In this document: positions 1-10,061 of the stretch, piece by piece
Layout: the number at the start of each line of letters is the position of its first letter
How positions within the stretch are numbered: position 1 is the stretch's first letter
From: Trueperaceae bacterium
GTDB lineage: Bacteria; Deinococcota; Deinococci; Deinococcales; Trueperaceae
NCBI GenBank assembly: GCA_965215565.1
Contig: CBDCDZ010000004.1
Span: forward strand, 3,104,001 to 3,168,000
Direction of reading: 5' to 3'
DNA length: 64,000 bases
Translations under genes and position numbers: made by a program
The notes under the pieces: generated by a model
What the model saw: only the letters and a program-made list of their open reading frames with translations
Databases searched by the model: none
What the model was told of the DNA's origin: nothing

Positions 1-1
1 C

Positions 2-481
2 CAAGAGCGTTCAGAAACGCGCCTCTTCGAAGTGACGTTCGACAGAGAGCGCGGCGTGGTGCGGCTCACGCAGAGCAAGGGTAACAGCAAAGACACCGCT
101 GAAGAGCCCTACATGTTGCCCTACCGCGACCCGCTCGGGCTCCTGCACGCACTCCGCGAACGCCCTGAGCGCTTGCGCGTGCCGCTGCTCGGCAAAGAGG
201 TTCTCGCGGAACGTTTGGCGGAGGTGCCCTTAGAGACCGCCTTGGGCGAGCGGCGAGCGCATCCTTATGTGCTGCAACCGGGTCCCTGCTACGTCTATAT
301 CGACGCCGCCCCGCCGCACCTCATCTTGCGCCTGACGCAGCGCTTCGAAGGCGGACTACTCGACGCTTTTTTGGTCAAAGTCGCCCAGGAAGACACTTCG
401 GTTCAAGAGGAGCCGCGCCCACCTAAACGCAGCCGCCGCCGTCGCCGCCGCAGAGGGCGACGCGGCGGCGATAAGAACTGA
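2..481 (+). CDS. Hypothetical protein with Arg-rich C-terminal tail, 5'-partial
   Basis: Frame is open from position 2 (QERSETRLFEVTF...), so it likely starts upstream of the window; ends RRRRRRRGRRGG. Confidence 0.65.
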   Translation, partial: QERSETRLFEVTFDRERGVVRLTQSKGNSKDTAEEPYMLPYRDPLGLLHALRERPERLRVPLLGKEVLAERLAEVPLETALGERRAHPYVLQPGPCYVYIDAAPPHLILRLTQRFEGGLLDAFLVKVAQEDTSVQEEPRPPKRSRRRRRRRGRRGGDKN

Positions 482-491
482 GCCGGAGCGC

Positions 492-1802
492 TTAAACCAA
501 ATAGTCCTGCGCCAGCATCGCGAAGCCTAAAAATGACGCGAAGCCCACGATGTCCGTGACCGTCGTCAGGATGATGTTGGAAGACTGCGCTGGGTCTTGC
601 CCGAAACGCTCCATCATAAGAGGAATGCCCGCCCCTGCGACACCCGCAATCACTAGATTAACCGTCATCGCTACGGCGATCACAACGCCAAGCGCAATGT
701 TCTGTGTCACAATCGCGGCAAAAAGACCCGCTACGATGCCGGTGGTAAGCCCGTTGACCAAGCCTACCGTCGCCTCTTTGAGGAGCACCTTGCGCGAGCG
801 CCCGATATCGACCTCTTCTAATGCGAGCGAGCGGAGCATGACCGCCAACGCCTGCGCCCCCGCGTTGCCGCCTTGCCCCGCGACGACGGGTAAAAACGCC
901 GCCAAAATCGTGATCTGCGCGATGATGCCGTCGAACGCGCCTACCACCGCCGCTGCCAAAAACGCCGTGCCGAGGTTGACTTGCAACCAGGGAAGGCGCT
1001 TGCGGATGCTGAAAAGAGGTGCTGAGTTCGCCTGCTCGTCCGCCCCGGCTCCGAACATCTTCTGCGCGTCCTCGAAGCCCTCCTCTTGCAACTCGCTCAC
1101 GAGTTGGTTGGAGGAGACGACCCCTTTAAGTCTGTCGGCGTCGTCCACGACGGGTACGGCGTGCAGGTTGCGCTCGCGCAAGAGGTCCGCGACGTCGTCG
1201 ATGTGGTTGGTGTCGTAGACCTTGACGAGGTTGCGAATCATGACGTTTTCTAGCGGGGTGAGCGGCAGATTGAGGACGAGGTCACGCAGCATCAGCACGC
1301 CGACGAGTACGTCGTTTTCGCCCGTCACATAGACGTAGTTGACGTGCCGCCCTACGAGCGCCAAGCGCCTGAGCCGCGTCAAGGCGTCACCCACCGTCGC
1401 CTTGCGGCGCAGCGCGACGAATTCGGGCGACATGATGCTTCCGGCGGTGTCCTCGGGGTACTCGCCTAAAGACTCAATTTCGCGGGCGTGCAGGGCGGGT
1501 AGCGCTGCCAAAATCGCCGCCTCGACCTCGTCGGGCACGTACTCTAAAATATCCACCGTCACCTCAGAAGGCAACTCGCGCACCAGGCTAAAGGTGTCTT
1601 GCATACTTGCCTCGAGCAGAAGCCGCGCCGCGAACTGCGGCGAAAACCCCTCCATCACGGGCGGGCGAAACTCCTCGTCCAATTTGCTCAGTTCCGCCCA
1701 CGCCTCGCGCGGCTCGAGCCGCTCCAAGACGCGGGCGCTGTCCATCGGGTGGTGCTGAATGAGGAAGCGAGCGAAATCTTCGCTGTAAGCCAGAGTCTCC
1801 AT
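492..1802 (-). CDS. mgtE: Magnesium transporter MgtE
   Basis: CBS pair (TAGSIMSPEFV), KRLPWL, GGNAGAQA, DPA..S..I.TT.TD.GF motifs. Confidence 0.93.
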   Translation of the reverse strand: METLAYSEDFARFLIQHHPMDSARVLERLEPREAWAELSKLDEEFRPPVMEGFSPQFAARLLLEASMQDTFSLVRELPSEVTVDILEYVPDEVEAAILAALPALHAREIESLGEYPEDTAGSIMSPEFVALRRKATVGDALTRLRRLALVGRHVNYVYVTGENDVLVGVLMLRDLVLNLPLTPLENVMIRNLVKVYDTNHIDDVADLLRERNLHAVPVVDDADRLKGVVSSNQLVSELQEEGFEDAQKMFGAGADEQANSAPLFSIRKRLPWLQVNLGTAFLAAAVVGAFDGIIAQITILAAFLPVVAGQGGNAGAQALAVMLRSLALEEVDIGRSRKVLLKEATVGLVNGLTTGIVAGLFAAIVTQNIALGVVIAVAMTVNLVIAGVAGAGIPLMMERFGQDPAQSSNIILTTVTDIVGFASFLGFAMLAQDYLV

Positions 1803-1992
1803 AGGGTCTATTGTGACCTATTTCTGCGAAAGAGGTGTAGGGGATGTGAAAAGAATGCGTGGGGTAGGGAAACACTCGAGTTGGTCTGGGGTTGACCCGA
1901 GCTAAAGACCTCTTCTAAAGTCGGTGACGAAGACAAACGTAACAGCGTCAAGGTGAGCGAGTTTCTATAGCAGGTATCCGTATATTAAGAGA

Positions 1993-2130
1993 AGCGAGGT
2001 GATGCCCAGCAAGTATCAGCTTTAGGGCTAACAGATGAACTGCACACCTCGCTCACTAAGCTACACGGAGCTTGCCTGATACTAAGACGCTTAGTAGCCT
2101 CATAGACGGATAAGCAGCTACCGTGAGCAG
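1993..2130 (+). ncRNA. IS110 bridge RNA (target-binding and donor-binding loops)
   Basis: Stems 1993-2001/2045-2053 and 2064-2075/2114-2125 each enclose two segments that match the target and the donor junction; ends approximate. Confidence 0.85.
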
Positions 2131-2147
2131 CAACCTAAGGAGGTTGT

Positions 2148-3086
2148 ATGGTCATTATAGGGGTTGATCCACATCCGCAGAGCCATACCGCAGCAGCGTT
2201 AGATAAACAGGGCAAGGTATTAGGTCACTGCACCGTTACGAATACGGCTGAGGGCTTGGCAACTTTGGAGCACTGGATAAAGCGCTATGACGTTCAGCGG
2301 TGCGCTATTGAAGGGGCGAATAACCCCTTTGCTCGGAGGTTGAGTCAAGCGTTGCTCGGGCAGGACCATAAGGTTGTGGACATTAGTCCGAGTCTGACGA
2401 GTCAGTACCGCAGCAAAAGAGGACGCAAGAAGAGTGATGAGGTAGACGCTGAAAACGTAGCTCGGGCTGCTTTGGCTAATCCTGAGCTGACTACGTTTGC
2501 ACCTCGGCAAGCGGTTGAAGACCTCAAACATCTGACCCGCACCCGAGAAGCGCTAGCTAAACAGCTTACAGCGCACAAGCTGAGCTTAGCGAGCCTTGAG
2601 CTAGAGGTGGCTCGCCAAGCCGTCGAAGCCGTTATTGCAGTGCTTAAAGAACAACTCAAGACGCTCGAGCAGGCGATGAAAGCCCTCGTTGACGAACTGA
2701 TGCCTGAACTCTTAGAGGTCTTTGGCGTCGGCGTCGTTCACGCCGCCACGCTACTTGCTGAAGCAGGTGACATCCGACGCTTTCGTTCACAACACGCCTT
2801 TGCCATGTATTCAGGTTGTGCGCCTGTCGAGCGCTCTTCTGGTGGTCAGAAGAGAAGGCAACTCAACATCGGCGGCAACCGTCGGCTCAACCGCACCTTT
2901 CACATGATTGCCCAAGTCAGACTGCGCCACAGCGAACCGACAAGAGCCTATCTCGACAAGAAACAGCAGCAAGGCAAGACCCGCCGGGCTGCTCTAAGAA
3001 GTCTCAAAACCTATCTCGCAAGAGAACTCTTTCGTTTCATGCTGCAAGTCACTCAGCAGCACCCACAGAGGTGGAAAGGGGCTTGA
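2148..3086 (+). CDS. IS110 family transposase/bridge recombinase
   Basis: DEDD RuvC-like motifs GVDPH, AIEG, KSDEVDA; C-terminal SSGG serine and GGNRRL; AGGAGG RBS. Confidence 0.95.
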   Translation: MVIIGVDPHPQSHTAAALDKQGKVLGHCTVTNTAEGLATLEHWIKRYDVQRCAIEGANNPFARRLSQALLGQDHKVVDISPSLTSQYRSKRGRKKSDEVDAENVARAALANPELTTFAPRQAVEDLKHLTRTREALAKQLTAHKLSLASLELEVARQAVEAVIAVLKEQLKTLEQAMKALVDELMPELLEVFGVGVVHAATLLAEAGDIRRFRSQHAFAMYSGCAPVERSSGGQKRRQLNIGGNRRLNRTFHMIAQVRLRHSEPTRAYLDKKQQQGKTRRAALRSLKTYLARELFRFMLQVTQQHPQRWKGA

Positions 3087-3104
3087 CAACTCTATACTAA
3101 GTTC
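3083..3104 (+). promoter_or_regulatory. IS right-end -35 box that joins the left-end -10 (TATATT, 1981-1986) on circularisation
   Basis: TTGACA at 3083-3088; the circle junction gives TTGACA-N18-TATATT. Confidence 0.75.
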
Positions 3105-3204
3105 ATCTGGTTTGAGCCAGTCTCACTATGCAAAGCGGTGTCTAGCACGCACGTTCTGAGACGATATCTGCGCTCACCCGTCTCAGTATGTTTTGGAACT
3201 GCTA
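3103..3204. repeat. Family A MITE-like repeat interrupted by IS110 (other end at 1965-1978)
   Basis: Reverse-complement similarity to 22758-22870 and direct similarity to 34492-34515. Confidence 0.8.
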
Positions 3205-3274
3205 CTACATGCGTAGTCCTAGCTTTGGACCTCTGCAAACAGCCAGCGCGCGCAGCGTTCGTTAAGATAGCCCT

Positions 3275-3946
3275 ATGATAGATTTACAGACCCAAGCCAC
3301 GGACTACGCCGACCTCTTAAACACCTTTCTCGCCGACCTACCCGAGCTTGCGCTGGCGGAACTGGAGCCTGACCAGACCGCCCTCGCTAGCGTAGACGTC
3401 ATCGAAGGCTTTCACCGCAAAGGCGCACTCGCGAGCCCGCGCGTCGAGGCGATCATCCCCAGCGTGGTGGAGTTAGTAAGGCGCTTGAGCAATCACAGTG
3501 TTCCGCACGGCAATGTCGCGTTTATCCAGGACGCGCATCCGCAAGACGCGCAGGAATTTAGCGCCTACCCCGAGCACTGCGTCAAGGGCACCGAAGAAGC
3601 CGAAGCGGTAGCCGAGCTTAAAGAACTCCCGCACTGGGGCGACTACCAGCACTTCGAGAAGAACAGCATCGCGAGCCACACGAGCGAGGGGTTCGACACC
3701 TGGTTGGGTTCGTTGCAAGTCGAGAACATCATCGCGGTAGGCGACGTGACTGACCTCTGTTTGTACACGCTCGCGCTGCACATGCAGGTGCGCAACTTAG
3801 CAAACGGGCTAAAGCAGCGCATCATTGTCCCGGAAAGTTGCGTGCAGACCTGGGACGCGCCCGACCACCCCGGCGACCTCTACCACGCGCTGTTTCTGCA
3901 TCAGTTGGCGCGAAACGGGGTAGAAGTCGTTAAGGTCATCGCCTGA
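3275..3946 (+). CDS. Isochorismatase/nicotinamidase-family cysteine hydrolase
   Basis: VDVIEGF, DAH, PEHCVKGTEE, EKNS, GDVTDLC. Confidence 0.88.
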   Translation: MIDLQTQATDYADLLNTFLADLPELALAELEPDQTALASVDVIEGFHRKGALASPRVEAIIPSVVELVRRLSNHSVPHGNVAFIQDAHPQDAQEFSAYPEHCVKGTEEAEAVAELKELPHWGDYQHFEKNSIASHTSEGFDTWLGSLQVENIIAVGDVTDLCLYTLALHMQVRNLANGLKQRIIVPESCVQTWDAPDHPGDLYHALFLHQLARNGVEVVKVIA

Positions 3947-4054
3947 ACTTCTCTGTTGAAGAGCGAAGCGTATGAACCCGTACATTGTTCGGGTGAAGCG
4001 GGTGGCTATCTTATGGGAAGCTTAGGACTAGTTTAAGACCAGGGGGCTCGAACA

Positions 4055-4996
4055 GTGCAAAAAATCAGGCAAGCTAACTATCTATCACCGCGTCAGAGCG
4101 AGGACAAGCGCCCACTACAACACGTCACCTCGGACATCACCTACTTACGCACGCTCATCGTGAACGTCTACTTCGTCGGCACGGCGGACAGTTGGGTGCT
4201 CGTGGACACGGGCTTGCCGAACACGGCGAAGCGCATTTTAGACGCCGCCAGAGCGCGCTTTGGCGGTGCGTTCCCTAAAGCCATCATCCTTACGCACGCG
4301 CACTTCGACCATGTCGGCGCAGCGGCTGCGCTCGCCGAGCACTGGGGCGTGCCTATCTACGTCCATCCTTTGGAGATGCCCTACGTGACGGGCTCCGACT
4401 ACCCGCCGCCCGATCCGACGGTGGGAGGCGGTCTCATGGCGCTGTCCGCGCCGCTCTTTCCGCACTCGGGTACGCATCTGGAAAAGTACGTGCGCCCCTT
4501 GGCTGATGACGGGAGCGTCCCCTTTCTGCCGGAGTGGAGGATGATTCATACGCCGGGTCACACGGCGGGTCACGTGTCGCTCTTCCGCGAGCGAGACCGC
4601 GTGCTTATCGCAGGCGACGCCTTCGTCACGACGAAGCAGGAGTCTCTACGCGCTGTGCTGCAGCAGCGCAAAGAGGTCTGCAACCCGCCCGCATACTTCA
4701 CCCCCGACTGGCAGCGCGCAAAGGACTCGGTGCGGCGGCTCGCGGCGTTAGAGCCGTCGGTGGCGCTGACCGGGCACGGTTTGCCGATGCGCGGCGAGGA
4801 ACTGTCCTTGGGCTTAAACGCGCTCGCCCAAAACTTCGATGAGGTCATACGCGGACGCTACGCCGGGCGCGCTGCCGTGATGGACGAGCGCGGCGTGGTG
4901 GACGTGCCGCCGTCCCTCACGCCCTATCTTCTCGCTGGGCTGGGTTTGGCTGCGGCTGTCGGCGTGGGTGTCACCCTCTTTAGAAGTAGACGCTGA
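4055..4996 (+). CDS. MBL-fold metallo-hydrolase
   Basis: THAHFDHVG, TPGHTAGH, AGDAF, GHG. Confidence 0.92.
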   Translation: MQKIRQANYLSPRQSEDKRPLQHVTSDITYLRTLIVNVYFVGTADSWVLVDTGLPNTAKRILDAARARFGGAFPKAIILTHAHFDHVGAAAALAEHWGVPIYVHPLEMPYVTGSDYPPPDPTVGGGLMALSAPLFPHSGTHLEKYVRPLADDGSVPFLPEWRMIHTPGHTAGHVSLFRERDRVLIAGDAFVTTKQESLRAVLQQRKEVCNPPAYFTPDWQRAKDSVRRLAALEPSVALTGHGLPMRGEELSLGLNALAQNFDEVIRGRYAGRAAVMDERGVVDVPPSLTPYLLAGLGLAAAVGVGVTLFRSRR

Positions 4997-5465
4997 CCAC
5001 ACCGTTCGTCAAGCTGATGCGTTCTTCCAAGCTCAGCGTCGCACCACCCGCTAGAGCTGCGCCCAGCCAATAGGTGTCCTGGCGGATGAGGTTGGCGAGT
5101 TCGCCGCCGTATGTCGGGCCGCCAATTTCAATGGACTTCGTGTCGTTCGGGCTGAGCGCCAGCGGCTCGGAGAGCGCTACGTCCACGCCCGACGCGGCGA
5201 CGCAGGTGCTCGCAGGCTCACTCTCCCGCCCGTACACCCGAATCTCCACGTCGCCCCCGCCGAGCGGCGCGTTGGAGGTGTAAGTGGCGTCGGCGCTGTA
5301 GGTGGCGTTGCTGAAACTCACCCTCGAGCCCTCCGTGACCCTTACATAGCAGATTTGCCCCTGGCTGCTGTTGCCGGGCAGGGCGATGTCTTGGACGCCG
5401 ATGCGAATAGGCGCAAAGGAGCAGCTTGCTAACGCGGTGACGAAAAGGATTGCGTATCTAGTCAT
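4980..5465 (-). CDS. Putative lipoprotein
   Basis: Signal peptide with LASC lipobox. Confidence 0.65.
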   Translation of the reverse strand: MTRYAILFVTALASCSFAPIRIGVQDIALPGNSSQGQICYVRVTEGSRVSFSNATYSADATYTSNAPLGGGDVEIRVYGRESEPASTCVAASGVDVALSEPLALSPNDTKSIEIGGPTYGGELANLIRQDTYWLGAALAGGATLSLEERISLTNGVVSVYF

Positions 5466-5605
5466 AAAAACCTCTCAGTCTGGTATACCTGGAGGCCTCG
5501 AAGAAGGGTGTGAAAAGGCTTAAATGTGAGGCTACCCCTTCATCTGAAGCAGCTTTGGCAACGGAGGACAACCTCTTGTTGGTACGAACTGAAAAGAGGT
5601 CTAGA

Positions 5606-5717
5606 TAGTGGTTCTAAGTCGAATGCCGCCGCGTGCTTCTTCTACTGTCTCCACGCGATAAGCAAGGGGTTGAAACCCCTTGCCTTGACATCATTACCAT
5701 TCCAGATAGAGCCACTA
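5606..5717. repeat. Family C MITE-like repeat with internal REP-like hairpin
   Basis: Ends TAGTGGTTCTA...TAGAGCCACTA; internal GCAAGGGGTTGAAACCCCTTGC; copies at 34824 and 55561. Confidence 0.85.
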
Positions 5718-5753
5718 CCAAGTGTGCAATTCCGTATCGCGTCCCAACCATAG

Positions 5754-5784
5754 AGAAAGAGGTTCCACAAAGGAACCTCTTTCT
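5754..5784 (-). terminator. Hairpin terminator after lon
   Basis: agaaagaggttcc-acaaa-ggaacctctttct. Confidence 0.7.
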
Positions 5785-5801
5785 ACTTGACAGCTTTTAA
5801 C

Positions 5802-8192
5802 TTAAACTTGCGCCGAAGGCGACGTTCCCGTCTCGTCCGCCACAGGCGGCACGAAGTCCGCCTCTTTCTCTAAGAGCATGATGTCTAAGACCTGCTCGAA
5901 GTCACGCACGGTGGTGACTTGAAGTTCGTCCAAAATCGCGTCGGGCACGTCCTCTAAGTTCGCCTCGTTCGCCTCGGGGATGATGACGTGCGAGATGCCC
6001 GCCTGGTGCGCCGCTAAGAGCTTCTCCTTGACGCCGCCGATGGGCAGCACGCGCCCACGCAGGGTGATTTCGCCCGTCATGGCGATGTCGCCGCGTGCAG
6101 GGCGTCCAGTAAGCGCACTCACCACGGCCGTCGCCATCGCGATGCCCGCTGAGGGTCCGTCTTTGGGCGTCGCGCCTTCTAAGACGTGGACGTGTAAGTC
6201 ACGGTTCTCGTAGAAGTCTTCGGAGATGCTGAAGTCTTGCGAGCGGCGGCGCAAGTAGGCAATCGCGGCTTGCGCCGACTCCTTCATCACGTCGCCGAGT
6301 TGCCCCGTGAGCGTGACTTTGCCCTTGCCAGGGACGCTGACCGCTTCGATGTCCAAGGTGACGCCGCCGACGGAGGTCCAGGCGAGACCGTGCGAAAGAC
6401 CGACTTGCGGCTCCTTCTCCGCTTTGTCGTCGCGGAAAGGGGGCACGCCTAAGAGGGTGCGGACGCCGTCTTCGTCTAAAGTGCGGACGCCTTCCCAGGC
6501 GTTGTCCAGGTATTCCTTCGCCGACTTGCGGGCGAGCTTGGCGAGGTTGCGGTCCAGGTTGCGAACGCCCGCCTCGCGGGTGTACTCGGTGATGACGCGG
6601 CGAATCGCGGCGTCGGTCAGCTCGAGCTTGTCACTGAGCCCGTGGTCTTTGAGCTGGCGCGGTACGCGGTAGCGCTTGGCGATCTCCAACTTTTCGTCCA
6701 GCGTGTAGCCCGCAATCTGGATGACCTCCATGCGGTCTAAAAGCGGACGAGGAATCGTCGAGAGCGTGTTCGCAGTGGTGATAAACATGACTTTCGAGAG
6801 GTCGTAAGGAATCTCCAAGTAGTGGTCCGCGAAGGTGTTGTTCTGCTCGGGGTCCAAGACTTCTAAGAGTGCAGAGGAGGGATCGCCGCGAAAGTCGGCG
6901 GTCATCTTGTCGATCTCGTCTAAGAGAAACACCGGGTTGATCTTGCCCGCCGTTTTCATTCCCTGGATGATGCGCCCCGGCAAGCTCCCGATGTAGGTGC
7001 GGCGGTGACCGCGAATCTCGGCTTCGTCGCGCACGCCGCCTAAGCTCATCCGCACGAACTCGCGGTTTAAGCTACGCGCGATGGACTTGCCTAAGCTCGT
7101 TTTGCCGACGCCGGGCGGACCGACGAGGCATAAAATTGGCGCTTTGTAGTCCGCGTTTTCGATGTCTTTGGTGAGTTGACGCACCGCCAGGAACTCCAGA
7201 ATGCGATCTTTGGGCTCCTCTAAAGCGTAGTGGTCTTCATTAAGGATGTCTTCGGTATGGGAGATATCCAAGTGCTCATCGTCCATGTCCGCTTCGGACC
7301 AGGGAAGGTCCAAGAAAACATCCAAGTAGGTGCGCACGACGGTGGCTTCGGGGGAGCCACCAGGCATCTTCTCGAGCCTATCCAACTCCTTGAAGGCCCG
7401 CTTCTCCGCCTCTTCGGGCATCCCCTTTTCAGAGATGCGCGTGCGCAGCTCTTCGGTTTCGCTGACCGCGTCGTCGCCGCCGCCGAGTTCCTTTTGGATG
7501 GCCTTCATCTGCTCGCGCAAGTAGTACTCGCGCTGGTTCGAGTCCATCTGCTGCTTGACCCGCGCCGAGACCTGCTTCTCGGTGTCGAAGCGCTCTAAGT
7601 CGCGGGATAAAAAGCCATAAACGAGTTCTAAACGCTTGCTCGCGTCGGTCTCCTCCAAGACGGCTTGCTTGTCCGCGACGTCCCAAGTGCTGTACTTGGT
7701 GACCACGTCGGCGAGTGCACCCGCGTCTTTGAGGCTGCGCAGGTTCTCCAAGTGAAAGCCGTCCAAACGCAGGTTTTTATTCTGCTGCGAGTAGCCTTCA
7801 AAGGCGGACTTGACTTCGGGGATCAAGGCTTGCGCTCTCGACTGATCGCCGCTCGTCTCAGAGAGGGTGTTCACGCGGGCGCGGAGCGAGACGCCGGGCA
7901 AGTAGCCCTCGACGCGGGCGCGTTCTTTGCCCTCGACTAAAACCTGTAGGGTGTCGTCGGGTAAGCGGATGACCTGTTTGATGATACCTAAGGTGCCAAT
8001 ATCGTAGAGGTCTTCACCTGTCGGGTCGTCCACGCGGGGTTCGCGCTGGGTGAGTAGGAGCACGCGGTTGTCGGCGGCTTGCGCCTCTTCGAGTGCACGT
8101 TTCGACTTGGGGCGTCCCACGTCTACGTTTTCAAGCGTGCGTGGCAACACCGACTGCGTACGTAAAGCGATTACTGGTAGTTCCCATTCCAT
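5802..8192 (-). CDS. lon: Endopeptidase La (Lon protease)
   Basis: LON N-domain, GPPGVGKTS, PKDGPSAG, GGVKEK. Confidence 0.97.
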   Translation of the reverse strand: MEWELPVIALRTQSVLPRTLENVDVGRPKSKRALEEAQAADNRVLLLTQREPRVDDPTGEDLYDIGTLGIIKQVIRLPDDTLQVLVEGKERARVEGYLPGVSLRARVNTLSETSGDQSRAQALIPEVKSAFEGYSQQNKNLRLDGFHLENLRSLKDAGALADVVTKYSTWDVADKQAVLEETDASKRLELVYGFLSRDLERFDTEKQVSARVKQQMDSNQREYYLREQMKAIQKELGGGDDAVSETEELRTRISEKGMPEEAEKRAFKELDRLEKMPGGSPEATVVRTYLDVFLDLPWSEADMDDEHLDISHTEDILNEDHYALEEPKDRILEFLAVRQLTKDIENADYKAPILCLVGPPGVGKTSLGKSIARSLNREFVRMSLGGVRDEAEIRGHRRTYIGSLPGRIIQGMKTAGKINPVFLLDEIDKMTADFRGDPSSALLEVLDPEQNNTFADHYLEIPYDLSKVMFITTANTLSTIPRPLLDRMEVIQIAGYTLDEKLEIAKRYRVPRQLKDHGLSDKLELTDAAIRRVITEYTREAGVRNLDRNLAKLARKSAKEYLDNAWEGVRTLDEDGVRTLLGVPPFRDDKAEKEPQVGLSHGLAWTSVGGVTLDIEAVSVPGKGKVTLTGQLGDVMKESAQAAIAYLRRRSQDFSISEDFYENRDLHVHVLEGATPKDGPSAGIAMATAVVSALTGRPARGDIAMTGEITLRGRVLPIGGVKEKLLAAHQAGISHVIIPEANEANLEDVPDAILDELQVTTVRDFEQVLDIMLLEKEADFVPPVADETGTSPSAQV

Positions 8193-8356
8193 GAAAGTAT
8201 TAGACCGCGCGCAAAGCGTTTTTACCGTAAGGTGGCTAACGCCGAGGTGAGGGGAAATTTAACAGTGAAGTGTGAGGAGCCTGCCGAGGGTCTCCGCCTC
8301 GCGCCACCCTTCCGAGTCACGTAGGGTGCTCGAGCTGCCAAACACGCTGATGACCT

Positions 8357-9280
8357 TCACGCCTCGAGCCTCTGTAAGCCCTGCAACCGTTTGACCTCTT
8401 CGCGCATTCCTACGCCCCCAACCTCTCGGATGACCTCTCTGACCTCTTCTAAATTCGGAACGAGTTCTAAGCGCGCCACCTTTGCCCTCAGTTCTAAAGG
8501 ACGGTGCGGCGCGTTTTTCGCTTCGCGCTCGCTCTGCTGGAGCAATGTCACCTCTTCCTTTGCCAGTCCTAAAGAGAGCAGCGCCCGCGCCTTGCCCACC
8601 AAGTCGTCCGCTGCTACCGCCCGCCTGAGCGCCTTCTCGCCTACTTCGGCTGCCTTTTTCGGATAGTCCCACGTGGCGTGCGCTTGCGCGAGCCCAGCTA
8701 AGGGGGCAATAGAAAGAGGCTCAAAGCTCGAGAGTTCGGTGAGCCCTAGCCCCTTGCCAAAAAGCTCGATGGCTGCTTGCGCTTCGCCCTCGTCCAGCGC
8801 GAGTTCGCCTTGGGCGCAGAGTGCGGCAATCGCCAGCGCCCCGTCGCGCGCCGACTTCGCCTTGTGAAACGCCCGCGTGAAGTGCCCCGCCGCCTCTTCG
8901 AATTCGCCCTGGTAGCGCAGCGCGTTGCCGAGTTGTAGCGCGGTGTAACCGTTGTCAGCAAGCTCTAAAGCGTCATAGAGAATGTTGACTGCTTTTTGCA
9001 GATTCCCCAGACGGATGTGCGCCGCGCCTATGCGGGTGAGGAGCATAGGGATTTTATCTGCGCTGGAGGACTCGAGCCTCGCTACCGCACCCTCTAAGAG
9101 GTTAATTGCCTCCTGCAACCAGCCGACTCGCCATAGACGCAACGCGACCTCGGGCGCGCGCTCAACCTCTTCTCTGGCGAGAGTTAGGGCACCCTCGAGC
9201 TTCGCGTTCGCCTCGTCCGGGCGGTCCTGTGCGCGCAACGTCTCAGCGTCCGTGAGGAGGGTTTTGAGCGCGTCGTTCAC
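8357..9280 (-). CDS. Tetratricopeptide-repeat protein
   Basis: Repeating helical TPR-like pattern (LGNALRYQGEFEEAAGHF). Confidence 0.75.
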   Translation of the reverse strand: MNDALKTLLTDAETLRAQDRPDEANAKLEGALTLAREEVERAPEVALRLWRVGWLQEAINLLEGAVARLESSSADKIPMLLTRIGAAHIRLGNLQKAVNILYDALELADNGYTALQLGNALRYQGEFEEAAGHFTRAFHKAKSARDGALAIAALCAQGELALDEGEAQAAIELFGKGLGLTELSSFEPLSIAPLAGLAQAHATWDYPKKAAEVGEKALRRAVAADDLVGKARALLSLGLAKEEVTLLQQSEREAKNAPHRPLELRAKVARLELVPNLEEVREVIREVGGVGMREEVKRLQGLQRLEA

Positions 9281-9381
9281 GCTGTGAATTATACCGCAAG
9301 TGTGGCGTGCACCGAGCTGCCCTCTGGTAACTTGAACGCATCTATAAAACGCTCGAGCCCCGAGGTGCGCTAGACTGACCT

Positions 9382-9999
9382 ATGGCAATTTTAGGGCGCA
9401 AAACAGTGCAGACGTCCGACGAGTCAGGGCTGCGAAAATTCACCTACCGCGACCTCTTGGAGATGGAGAAAAGGGGCATCATCGGTGAGGATGAACATAT
9501 TGAATTGCTCGGAGGGCATATCTTCAAGATGACCGTTAATCCGCCCCACGCTTTTGTGACTACTGAACTTGTGGAAGCATTCTTCTCGGCATTTGTGGAG
9601 AACGCGAAGATAGCGTCTCAAACGCCGTTGAGACTTTCGGACGACCTCGATTCCACCGAGTTACCTGAACCTGACGTGATGTTGCTCGAGCGTCAATACT
9701 ACCTGGAACATCCGAAGCCGGAGCACGTTTTTTTGCTCGTCGAGGTCTCAGACACCACCCTACACAAAGATAAAACGCTCAAACTACCTCTTTACGCCCG
9801 TTCAGACATCTCCGAAGTGTGGCTCGTCAACCTCATCCAACGCCGCATCGAGGTCTATACCGAGCCCAAAGACGGCGAGTACGCCCGCCGCGTAAACGTC
9901 GACTTGACGGCAACTTTAGCGCCCACCGCCTTTCCCGATACGGCGCAGCAGTGGTTACCGGCTGAGGTGTTGGAGCTTTTAGATAAGCACGACCTCTAA
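9382..9999 (+). CDS. Uma2 family endonuclease
   Basis: PEPDV, LLVEVSDTTL, KLPLYA..I.EVWLVNL. Confidence 0.9.
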   Translation: MAILGRKTVQTSDESGLRKFTYRDLLEMEKRGIIGEDEHIELLGGHIFKMTVNPPHAFVTTELVEAFFSAFVENAKIASQTPLRLSDDLDSTELPEPDVMLLERQYYLEHPKPEHVFLLVEVSDTTLHKDKTLKLPLYARSDISEVWLVNLIQRRIEVYTEPKDGEYARRVNVDLTATLAPTAFPDTAQQWLPAEVLELLDKHDL

Positions 10000-10061
10000 T
10001 TATGTGTGTGAACTTCTTTAGATAGCCCTTTGCCACGATTCTTTAAGCTTTCAGGGGACAA

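Larger units (their letters stand above)
1977..3104 (+). mobile_element. Complete IS110-family element flanked by TC core dinucleotides
   Basis: Removing it restores ctatagcaggta-TC-atctggtttgagccagtctcac, nearly identical to the intact repeat end at 34480-34515. Confidence 0.9.
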
